The notes beneath the pieces were generated by a model that was given only the letters and a program-made list of their open reading frames with translations, did not search any database and had not been told where the DNA came from. 49,470 bases of DNA, from assembly GCF_001194135.2 (NCBI RefSeq), contig NC_068982.1:72180906-72230375 (forward strand), written 5' to 3'. A program made the position numbers and the translations under genes. This document shows positions 12,643 to 24,699 of the stretch, piece after piece. Position 1 is the stretch's first letter. The number at the start of each line of letters is the position of its first letter. Source of the DNA: Octopus bimaculoides. Lineage: Eukaryota.

Positions 12643-15600
12643 GCTTCCTTCAGTTTTTATCTACCACATTCATTTACAAAGCTTTGGTCAACCTAGGACT
12701 ATGGTAGAAGACACTTGCCTTAGGACCCAATACCTTGTTGTTGAGAATCAAACTTCTTATCACTAAGCCACACATGCACCTATTACAGTCTTACACAAAA
12801 GCATTTGGCCATTGTGCTGTTTGCATTGAAAGGCCTAGGGAAAAACATTACTTTGCATGGAAATAAGAGAGGGTTGGTGACAAGAAGACCATCCAGCCAT
12901 GGGAAATCTACCTCAATAAATTTCATTTTGATTCTTGCAAGTCGAGCATGGGTAAATGGACATTAAAAGGAAAAAGAGAGAAAAGCTGCAAAGTGAATAT
13001 ATGAATATTGTCTCCTTACCTCAATAATGGTTCCTTTGGTGATAACTCCTAGAGATGTGTACATGGGTGAACTTGGATTCTTCTTTACACTTATGATGGG
13101 CAAATGAAATGTAGCTCTCAATTCTGGGTGGGTTACATGAGCTTTCTTGAAACGAAGACCCTGTGAAAGAGATATATATGTATATATGTATATATATAAG
13201 TTCAAATTTACAGAAAACAAGATGAAGACGGGAGGGAACGATAAGCAGGTGTATTAGTTTAACACTCAGAAAGAATGGAAAAGTCTGATACTTCAAACTT
13301 ATGCTCTTCAACAGAAAGGATTAACAGGAAAAATATGGAGAGAGAAAAAAAATTTTGAAGGAATTAAAGGTTCAACATGATGAAAATACATACATACATA
13401 CAATAGGTGTGTTTTATATGATATATAGGTGTGAATAATCATATTTAACAAGTTTGTGTGCACTTGGACATGGAAAGACAATTAGCATCTAAAACTGTCC
13501 AAGAGAAGAAAAATTCTCCTTACAGACAATATATATGAAAAACACACCACTGGGCCACAGTCCAAGGATATCATTCATGGCCCAGTGGTGTTTGCATCCA
13601 TATTGTCTATAAAGCGAATTTTTTTTCACTCAAGTCAATTTCTGCACCTAGTACATTTTGTAAAGTGGTTGGCTGTAGAAGGTATGCCAATAAAGCCCAT
13701 GCAATTTGGTGCAGCCCCTGGCCTTGCCATTTCCTGTCAAGCTGTCCAACTCATGCCAGCATGGAAAATGAATACTAAATGACACACACACACACACATT
13801 TTTTTTGTACAAAGTCTGATCCTTATTTATTAGTTACTTCGGATGAACAGAAACATAAACAGACCAAGTGAGGTAGGACAAACAGAAAGGCACCACTATC
13901 TCTTTTCTTCCCTTTGCTTTTCTCTCTCCCTCCCTCCTTACCACCTACCCCCCTCTCTCTCTCTCTATATATATATATATATGTATATATATANNNNNNN
14001 NNNNNNNNNNNNNNNNNNNNNNNNNNNNNNNNNNNNNNNNNNNNNNNNNNNNNNNNNNNNNNNNNNNNNNNNNNNNNNNNNNNNNNNNNNNNNNNNNNNN
14101 NNNNNNNNNNNNNNNNNNNNNNNNNNNNNNNNNNNNNNNNNNNNNNNNNNNNNNNNNNNNNNNNNNNNNNNNNNNNNNNNNNNNNNNNNNNNNNNNNNNN
14201 NNNNNNNNNNNNNNNNNNNNNNNNNNNNNNNNNNNTAATAATAGTTGTGATATTTTTTAATAAATTCTTCCACAATGCTGAGAAGGGAAAAAGTTAGGAA
14301 CAGAAATTGAGTTTAATCTAACAAATGAAAGAAACTTTAACAGAGAGCGCAAACCTCTCAACGATTATTCGGAGATGATTTTTAAAATGAGAAAATCTGA
14401 AATAAACTCGACTGCTCTCACAAACAAGAATACTAAAAATGAACCCGACCGCCCATAATCCAGAATCCTTGCCCGGTACCGGATCGATCCCAAAATCTAA
14501 TCAGTTCGTGCCAGTCACGAGGCCAAACATCCCTGAAAGTTTAATCCGAATCCATCCATCAGTTCTTGAGATATCTTGTCCGCAGAGAAACAAACACGAC
14601 TGAAACAATACCTCCGCCTTCCGCCTTTGCCAAGACGGAGGTATTGTTTAAGAAATGGAATGAAGGGAGGTAATTCAAAAACGGGAGTTAACTTTCGAAG
14701 ACTTCCTTTAAAATCCATGAGAGTTATCTTTCTTGATATATCAATGTTTACAGTCCCGTTTGACATTAAAATATTAATGAGGTTCTACGAGGATGGCTGA
14801 AAAGTTCATAGGCTGACTGTGAAGGAGTAGTGCTAGAGATGTGGAATCTTGCATGCATCAATATCAACTCTTTTTTATTAATAACTGAATTGTTTCTTTC
14901 AGGTAAACTGATACCTCACTGTTTAAAGAAGACTTCAAAAGTAACCTGCAGAACATTCATGCTGACATAGTCACTACATTAGGAGATGGTGCTCGAGCAG
15001 TGCTAAAGTGGGCAGCTGAATTCAGGAAGGGAACAGAGAGTCTTGAAGATGGTCCTAGGTCTGGACATCCTGCAGCTGCCATGATCGAGGAAAACAATCA
15101 TGTTCACTACATGGTGATGGATGACAAGCAATTGACTATAAATCAAATAGCCAATCATCATCATCGTTTAACGGTCGGGTAGTCCTGGCAACGACCATGC
15201 TCAAAATGGTGTATTTTACGTGCCACCTACACAGGAGCCAGTCCAGCGGCACTGGCGCGATCTCGCTCGAATGTCTTTACACGTGCCACCGGCACAAGTG
15301 CCAGGAAGGCGACGCTGGGCACAGGTGCCATCATGATTTCACTTTCGCTTGCCCCAACAGGTCTTCGCAAGCAGAGTTTCATGTCCTGCATAGGAGCCAG
15401 TCTAGCGGCACTGGCTAGACTGGCTCCTATGCAGGNNNNNNNNNNNNNNNNNNNNNNNNNNNNNNNNNNNNNNNNNNNNNNNNNNNNNNNNNNNNNNNNN
15501 NNNNNNNNNNNNNNNNNNNNNNNNNNNNNNNNNNNNNNNNNNNNNNNNNNNNNNNNNNNNNNNNNNNNNNNNNNNNNNNNNNNNNNNNNNNNNNNNNNNN

Positions 15601-18600
15601 NNNNNNNNNNNNNNNNNNNNNNNNNNNNNNNNNNNNNNNNNNNNNNNNNNNNNNNNNNNNNNNNNNNNNNNNNNNNNNNNNNNNNNNNNNNNNNNNNNNN
15701 NNNNNNNNNNNNNNNNNNNNNNNNNNNNNNNNNNNNNNNNNNNNNNNNNNNNNNNNNNNNNNNNNNNNNNNNNNNNNNNNNNNNNNNNNNNNNNNNNNNN
15801 NNNNNNNNNNNNNNNNNNNNNNNNNNNNNNNNNNNNNNNNNNNNNNNNNNNNNNNNNNNNNNNNNNNNNNNNNNNNNNNNNNNNNNNNNNNNNNNNNNNN
15901 NNNNNNNNNNNNNNNNNNNNNNNNNNNNNNNNNNNNNNNNNNAGAACATTCATGCTGACATAGTCACTACATTAGGAGATGGTGCTCGAGCAGTGCTAAA
16001 GTGGGCAGCTGAATTCAGGAAGGGAACAGAGAGTCTTGAAGATGGTCCTAGGTCTGGACATCCTGCAGCTGCCATGATCGAGGAAAACAATCATGTTCAC
16101 TACATGGTGATGGATGACAAGCAATTGACTATAAATCAAATAGCCAATCATCATCATCGTTTAACGTCCGTTTTCCATGCTAGCATGGGTTGGACGATTT
16201 GACTGAGGACTGGTGAAACCGGATGGCAACACCAGGCTCCAATCTGATTTGGCAGAGTTTCTAATGCCAACCATTCAGAGAGTGTAGTGGGTGCTTTTAA
16301 GTGTTACCCGCACGAAGGCCAGTGAGGCGGTACTGGCAACGGCCACGCTCAGAATGGTGTATTTTATGTGCCACCCGCACAAGAGCCAGTCCAGGGGCAC
16401 TGGCAACGATCTCGCTCGAAAATCCTACAAAGGCCAGTCAGGCGGTACTGGCAACGGCCACGCTCAAAATGGTGTAGTTTATGTGCCACCCACACAAGAG
16501 CCAGTCCAGGGGCACTGGCAACGATCTCGCTCATAAAAATATAAAAAAACACTTGGCTGGGCACTAGTATCAGTGATGATGAGGTCATATCTGCTGTTGA
16601 AGACTTTTTTGACAAACAGGATTAAAACTTCTTCTCTAATGAGATCCAAAGCACTGTAACACTGATGGAAGAGAGTGAACCACAAGGGGAACTATGTTGA
16701 AAAATAAAGTTCATTTCATCACATTCCATGAAAGTATCTTGGCCAGCCTTTGAACATTTCAGCTGACCTTCGTATCAATACTGTGCTTTCTTGATTTGCA
16801 AGGAAAATATTGGATGCAAATATTGTTAATTCCATATTTTAGATTATCTGCAGTTAAAAGGGAAACAACAAAACCAATACAAGTGAGAGATATCAATCAA
16901 TGGGATTTTGTTAAGACTAATTAGCAGACTCATTAGAGCATTGCATGAAATGTCTTGTGATATTTGACAATTGGCGTTCAGAGTTGAAATCCTGCAAGAA
17001 GCCCGTTTGTGTGTGTATGTGTATATACATTTATATAGATGAATGTGTGTGTTACTGTTTCTTTGACAGTTGTAAATGAGTTTCCAATCTTCCATGAAAA
17101 CATATCAGGTTACAGGAAGATATGCTCTTACTTAAAAGCAGGCATGGATTGGTAACTGGAAGGGCATTCAGCCAAAGAAAATCCGCCTCAACAAATTCTG
17201 TCCATCCATGCAAGCATAGAACAGTGAACATTAAAAAGACGATGATGATAATGAACTTGAACCACAAAGTAGTTGCAGCAAAGAAGGTGCAAATTAGAAT
17301 ACTTACCATTGGCCGAATAAATCTTTCAAATTTTGGAGGCTTCCTTGTGAAACCGTCACCAACAAATGTGACTTTTGTTACCATTCGTTTCCAAGCTTTC
17401 TCTGTAAAAATAGAAAACAAAGTTCCATAAGACATTCAGTTCATTTATTACAAGTGTCTGCAGAGATACAAACATAGTAGCTGCCTGTGTCTCTCATATA
17501 CACGTGTATGTGTGTGTGTCTATGTATAGACACACTTAGGCACATGGTTCAGTGGTTAGAGCATCAGGCTCACAATCATAAGGTAGTGAGTTCAATTCCT
17601 GGACCAGGCAGTGTGTTGTGTTCTTGAGCAAGACATTAGAAATGAGTTGTGGCATTACTGGTGCCAAGCTGACTAGGCCTTTCCCTTGGGTAACATCGGT
17701 GGCATGTATGCATACGGCTGATCTTCCATAAGCAACTTTGTGTGAGCTTGTGCCTCGTGTCGAGGGGGATAACTTTTTAGGTGTAATCCCATGGTCATGG
17801 TCATTCATGGGCGAAGGAGGTCTTTACCCTTTTTGTTGTTGTCGGCACTCCGTCGCGAGTTCCAGTTGATTCGATCAACAGAACAGCCTGCTCGTGAAAT
17901 TAACACGCAAGTGGCTGAGCACTCCACAGACACATGTACCCTTAACGTAGTTCTCGGAGATATTCAGCGTGACACACTGTGACAAGGCTGACCCTTTGAA
18001 TTACAGGCACAACAGAAACAGGAAGTAAGAGTGAGAGAAAGTTGTGGTGGAAGAGTACAGCAGGGGTCGCCACCATCTCCTGCCAGAGCCTCGTGGAGCT
18101 TTAGGTGTTTTCGCTCAATCTGGGAATCGAAACCGCGAGTCCATTGCCCTAACCACTGGGCCATTGCGCCTTTATACACACACAAGTGCTTGGACAAAAG
18201 TTTGTTGTTCTTCATACATTTATTTTTCCATACTTGTATGGGTTTGATGAACATGTTATTGAGGCATTGTTTTACAACCAGATGCCCTTTTTAACTCTAT
18301 ACTTTACCACTTTCTCAATTAAGAGATCACTTACTCCAAACACCTGTGAAGTTACAAAGTGCCAGGGTGATTTGTTGACAAGAGAACCTAACAACACTGA
18401 CTGTCACACTTCCATATAAGCAACTGCAGATATCATACACAGTCTTCTTTCAATTTCTGCCCGTCAAATCCACTCAGAATGGTTAAACTGGTAGAATCAG
18501 AGCACTCAACAAAATACCTAGTGGTATTTTGTTCTGGCTCCTTACATTCTGAGACGAAATCCCGCTGGGTTCAACTGTGCCTTTCATCTGTATTTTTGGG

Positions 18601-21600
18601 GGGAGGGGGGTGATGAAAAATACCAATCCAGGGCAGCTGATTAGTGGAACAAAAGGGATGTTGAACTGGATACCTCTCAAGAGTATTCTGGACCTTTGTG
18701 TTTTGAGTTCAAATCCCACCATAGTCTACTCTGGTGGCAGGCAATCTATCATCCAGTCTGACACAAGATGTGCCTTTAGCCAAGGCCGTTTTGTTGTAAG
18801 TATACAAGCCAGGTCCTCCCTCCCCTCCCACTACACTCAGATGCCCTGTAAAGAGTCATGATCATTGCCTTGCCTCCTGATTATAAAACAAAATGTGGTT
18901 TCACCCAAACTAGGCAGGTAAAATGCTTAATGTCATTTCATCCATCTTTACATTCTGAGTTCAAATTCCACCAAAGTCAACTTTGCCTTTTGTCCTTTCA
19001 GAGTTGATAAAATAAGTACCCGTTGAACACTGGGGTTGATGTAACTCACTCTCTCCCTTGAAATTGCTAGCCTTGTACCAAAATATAAAAGTAATATTTA
19101 CTTACTTTGTCTTTTGCCAGTTTTGACTACTTTGAAAACTTCTGTCTCACTGATACCCTTTACTTTGGGGAGAGGCACATTCCATTTACCCTGAAAATAG
19201 AAAACATTACTTTTAGACAGAAACAAACATCAATTTTGCTATGTATACAATGGCAACCAAAATTAATCAACTTGTGTTAATTCTACAATAATTGCACAAA
19301 ATAAATTAAACACTAAACACAGTTTTGTACTACACCAGATTTGCTTTTGGAATATTTCAATTTTCATCAAAACGGTTTTTATGCTTTACACTTTTGTATC
19401 AAACTAATACACACAAAGAGGTTACAATAAAGTACCCTCATTTTAGAGTAAGAAATACTAAAGATGCAGAATAGTTCCCAATGGGCTACCATACATCTAA
19501 CATAAGTTATTGTTTTGTGCAATATCTGTTAATTCATATAATAATTATATTGTAACTTTTATCAAAAGAACACTAAGTTTGAAATGAATATATTTCATCA
19601 TCATCATCGTTTAACCTCTGCTTTCCAGGCTGGCATGGTTTGGACGGTTTGACTGAGGACTGGTGCACCAATCTGATCTGGCAGAGTTTCTACAGCTGGA
19701 TGCCCTTCCTAATGCCAACCACTCCAAGAGTGTAGTGGGTACTTTTACGTGCCAGTCAGGCGGTACTGGCAACGGCCACACTCAAATGGTGTTTTTTACA
19801 TGTCATCTGCACAGGAGCCAGTTCAGCAGCACTGGCAACGACCATACTCGAATGTTGCTTCTCACGTGCCAGTAAGGCGACTTCTCATATGTATATTTGC
19901 AATAAATATATGCTATTACTTTTCTACATTTTATTAGCATAATTGCAATCTAGTCCATCAAAATCTTACCTCTATAAAATTTCATTAAAAATTACATATT
20001 TTTCATTAAGTTGATGTCATGTTCCAGAAAACAACAAAAAACTTTTCTATAGCATTTCAAGCATTTCAGTGATATCAGACAGAATAAACTTTTGAATTTT
20101 TAAAAGATTTATCAGTAAAACTATGATTGGTTATAAAGACTGTCAGTTTAGAATATAAATCTTAGTTACGGGATTGCCTGTTCCAACTATGATGCCATAG
20201 AATACCTAAAGCTTAACACAAGTAATGATGTGTAAATTCAAAACCTCAGAACTATGCCATTCAACATTAACTATTTAGCCACAAACTTCAACTTACAACA
20301 TGAAGAGCTCTACTCAAAGCAGAAGTCTCACTTCTGTTCATCAGACACAAACTTAAATTTGCAAATGTTATAACAACTATATATTTGATGGCAAACAAGA
20401 TGCACCCTAATTTCATATTTGCATATTTATGAAAAAAAAAGTTGTTTGTTGACAAGAGAACCTAACAACAGACTACCACACTTCCATATAAGCAACTGCA
20501 GATATAACACAAACACACATAAAGTCTTCTTTCAATTTCTGCCTATCAAATCCACTCACAATAGCAAACTGGCAGAACCAGAGCATTATATTAAAGCACA
20601 TAATGTAATCTTAACTTTGCATATAGGAACTGAGATCATTTTTTGGAGCAGGAAATGTGCATCTTATATGCCATCAAATACAGTATATATACTTAAGCAC
20701 AAAGTTATGGCCTTAAGGGTTAAATAGTTCAAAGCTTTGACCAAATCTCCTAAATTTCACAATGTAGAAAGTGATAACTTACAGCTTTCTCCTTCCGTTT
20801 CTGTTTAATCATGTTCGACAAAACCTTAGCCCTTGTCTGACCCTCCCTGTCCAACAAATATGCTGGTACGGCTCCTTCTGGGACAGCATCATCAGCCTTC
20901 TGTTTTGTTTTCTTCATTTCATGCATTCTTATGCTATAAAATACAATAAAGACAATATTTAGCATTACAAATGAGCGAAATATTTCACTAAAAAGAATAA
21001 CCTAGCTGTTAGTTTCTCTCTCTCCCCAACATTTCTGTACCAGCTCTACATGTCTTAGTTCACCAAGTGCCTTCTACATTGTCCTGTGTGCAAAGCATTA
21101 CTCCAGCTCAACAGATGCCACAACAGAGAGCTGACAATTCACAATACCCCAGTGTAGTTTAGAAGTTTACTTCACAATCACACAGTTCCAGGTTCAACTC
21201 CACTGTGTGATACCATGAGCGAGTGTTTTTATACACCACAGTACTGGGCTGACCAAATTTTGTCAGTGAAATCAGTGACAGACGCTGTGCAGCAGACAAT
21301 CATAGAAGGCAAACTACCAGAGTTGTAAGAGTGTCAGATAGAATGCCCCTGCATTGGAGTTCAAATCCTGCTGAGGTCAACTTTGCCTTTCATCCTTTAA
21401 GGGTCAATGAAAAAGTAGCAATCCAGGGGACAAACTGGCAGAACTAATAGTGTTGGTCAAGATACCTTGCAGTATTATTTTCCAGATCTTTGCATTCTAA
21501 CAGCAACACCTGTAACAACATGGGTACCAAGTAATATCAGCTCCTGAGTAGCAGCCATACCTTTGGGCAACATTAGTATCATGGAAAAGGGACACTTGCA

Positions 21601-24600
21601 CACATGATCAAATGCCAGTCTTTCACAAGAAGCTTTACCTAAGTTTGCACATACAAATGCTGATAAATGGTCAGCTCTGACTGATGGAGGCTCCAACCTT
21701 TTTACACACACACAATCAAATTGGCTTGGATCAGGAGATGCAAAAACTCTGAAAGGGGCAGTGTTAAACTGGACACATGCTGGGGTTTGATCAACGCATT
21801 ATTTATGGGATGACCCAATATATTAGCACTTGGTGGTGGTTTTCAAATATGTCTTTCATATTTTGAGTTCAAATTCCTCCCAGGTTCACTTCCATTTCTG
21901 CCTTGTTCTGTATTCAATAAAAGTGGTGGGTTCAACTTAATAGACAAACTGAAAGTGATGCCCCAGCATGGCCACAGACCAATGACAAACTAGTAAAAGC
22001 CAAGATTAATAAATTTACAGTAAATGTTGTTGTAAGATTAAAATACATACGTCTTTTTCATTTGTATCTTCTCAGCATGTCGTTTCTTGTGATATAATTT
22101 GGCCCTGTGAAGAGACAAAGTATTAAATAAAATGAGACATGGTTTAGTTTAAAAGAAAGGTAGTATTCTGAACATTATTATTAATGAACTAAGATTATTA
22201 ACTCTTTAGTATTCATATATCAACTGCAATGCTTATTTATTCACAATGTTTTGAATTAACCATGCATTATCTTGTAGCCTGGAGATTTCAATGGCATGAC
22301 TATTTATGTTTAGAATGACATTGTAGGATATGTATGAGAGGCCAAATCTTGCCAGTTTGAATATAAAGCAGGTCAAATATTTGGGCCAGATTTGGCTGGT
22401 TTAAATGCTAAAGGGTTAAATCAAAGAATACATTTACATTAAATGGGAATGAGCAATAAAGAAACAGGAGATACATTTCTTTGTTAACCACAATGGAGTA
22501 CAGTAGCTGTACTTTAAGGTTTAAAATGCTTAAGTACTGTTGAATATGTGATAGGCTCAAACTGTACAACTACACCTCTTATACTGTGCCATTATTCAAG
22601 GCACATAAATTTGCCTGCCTCTGACTGACAAATTTCCTACCTTTTCACTTTACTGCTAATGAGCAGTAAGAGGAGACATTGTTCCCCCATCTTTTCCACC
22701 AAAAATATCCAAATTTGCAAAAATTCATTTAATCCCTTTTGATAACCCATCTGAAACTGTCCTTATTTATACAATACAAATTTGCTGTTTTGATGTAATC
22801 TACATTAAAATCTTCCATAAAATTTCATGTTAAATTATGTTCCAAACACCAGCTTAACCTTCTTGATTCCATCTTGCATGAAACTGCCATTGCTTCTATG
22901 ATACAATTCATCAGTTTTAAAGAGATATAAATTAAAACTGTCTATCAGAATTTCATGTTAATGTATGTTCTAAACACCTACTTAATAATTTTATTATTAA
23001 ATTCTTTATTTAAAAAAAAAAAATTAATTGAAACAAAGTAGTATATTTGAACAAAAATATGGTAATAAAGGGGTTAATAATAACAATTATTTTATTAAAT
23101 GTTTCATAATTTTGAAAATTGAAATAAAGGCAGTGTATTTCAAGAGAAATGAAGTAACAAAGGGGTTAAGTTCATGATAATACAGAAACTAAATATTAGC
23201 AATTTCTCATCAATATCAGTCTGTGTACTGTTAGATTCTTGTATTAAATAAGGTAAAATATATTTCTAGAAAACAAAAAACTGTACTGACTCATAGTGAA
23301 CCAATAGCAACCCCTCCCCACCACCACCCATTGCCAAAGAAGGTCAACAAAATACAGAAAGTAATACTTACTTCAAACCTCTGAGTTTCTGTGCCTTATC
23401 AGACATAATGTGAGGCATACGGCCTTCCTTCTTTCGTCTGGGGAAAAGAAGAAAATGTAACTGAATAAAACAACATCTACATGAACAGATATATCTTTTA
23501 TGAGATGCAATGATAATGATATAATTTAAGATATCATAAATGAAAAGATGAATTTTAAGTAAAAGTTAGCTAATTACTTTTCTTACTGTTTTGATCATGA
23601 CAGTTTTCCTTGCTGGCACTGAATTTGAAGGGATTCACAAGGGGAAATATATCTAGCAGCTATTGTTATCCCATTGAACTTTGCCACAACAGACTTATGA
23701 CACAAAGGCTGCTAATTAAATTTACCTTTAAGCTCCATTTTTTTTTTGTCTGGGGTTAAAATGCATATTCTGTCATGAAGCATGATTGGAATATAAGAGC
23801 ATTCCAAGAATATTGTCCAATATGAAGTTCTTAGAAGGGTTATTTTACAGTTGGTTGCCCAACTAATATACCAAGCAGAAAAACTGAAATGCATTAAATG
23901 TGACTTCTATTTTTTTTTTTTTTCATCCAAGATGTGGAATAGAGGTTGAAATCTGGCAGCTCATCTGCTGGGCTGAATTTCAGTAATATTGGAAAATGCA
24001 TTCAAGCAAATTGTCTACGCTTATTAAAGAGTTTAAAGAATAAGGTAAATACTTATTATGAAGTGAATTAGTATAAGTGGTGTGTGTTAAAGTAATGACA
24101 GTAATGTTAAAAAATACAAAGAGAATTTAACTATCAGGGAATCAGAACTAATGCAATGGTTTATTTATTCCCCAACTGGTCTAGTTTTGTATTTGAATAT
24201 TTTTATCATCTGCATCACTGTCATTTCACCAACATGTTGTAATGCAACTGTACAAATATGTGGTGTAATGACTACCAATATAAGTAGATTGAAGTTATAA
24301 TTGTGTGTTACTGTATTAAATCATTTTGAAATAGAACCTTCTCCAACTGTCTTCCGGTGTCATAGTTTAACATTTGCAATTACTTTCATCTGACATTGGT
24401 TATGCATGAGAGAATACTGGCAAGATTCATTTGGAATGAGGAAACTACATGGCTAAGCCCACACACACATTTGCAAGAAAGTATATAGAGCCTGAGAGAT
24501 ATGTTTCCTTGCTTGTGTGTATGTACAGATATGTGGGCTTCTTACTTTAAATAACAGGTAAAGATTAGAGGCAGAAAGGGCAACGGGTAATAAAACAATG

Positions 24601-24654
24601 CCTCAATAACATATCCATCTAACCTATGCCAGTATTGAAAAATAGAGACATAAA

Positions 24655-24699
<45 letters not shown>

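Noticed and set aside
15385-15435. Perfect 22-bp-arm hairpin with 7-nt loop
   Set aside because: It lies within RTE-tail sequence and ends exactly at a gap; likely a fold-back or assembly-end artefact.
14950-16166. Identical 224-bp direct repeat (14950-15173 and 15943-16166) of a mariner fragment
   Set aside because: 100% identical and flanking an N-gap, the classic uncollapsed contig overlap.
15160-16535. Recurring short units suggesting a CRISPR-like array
   Set aside because: Eukaryotic context; the units are RTE 3'-tail modules with no unique spacers and no cas genes.
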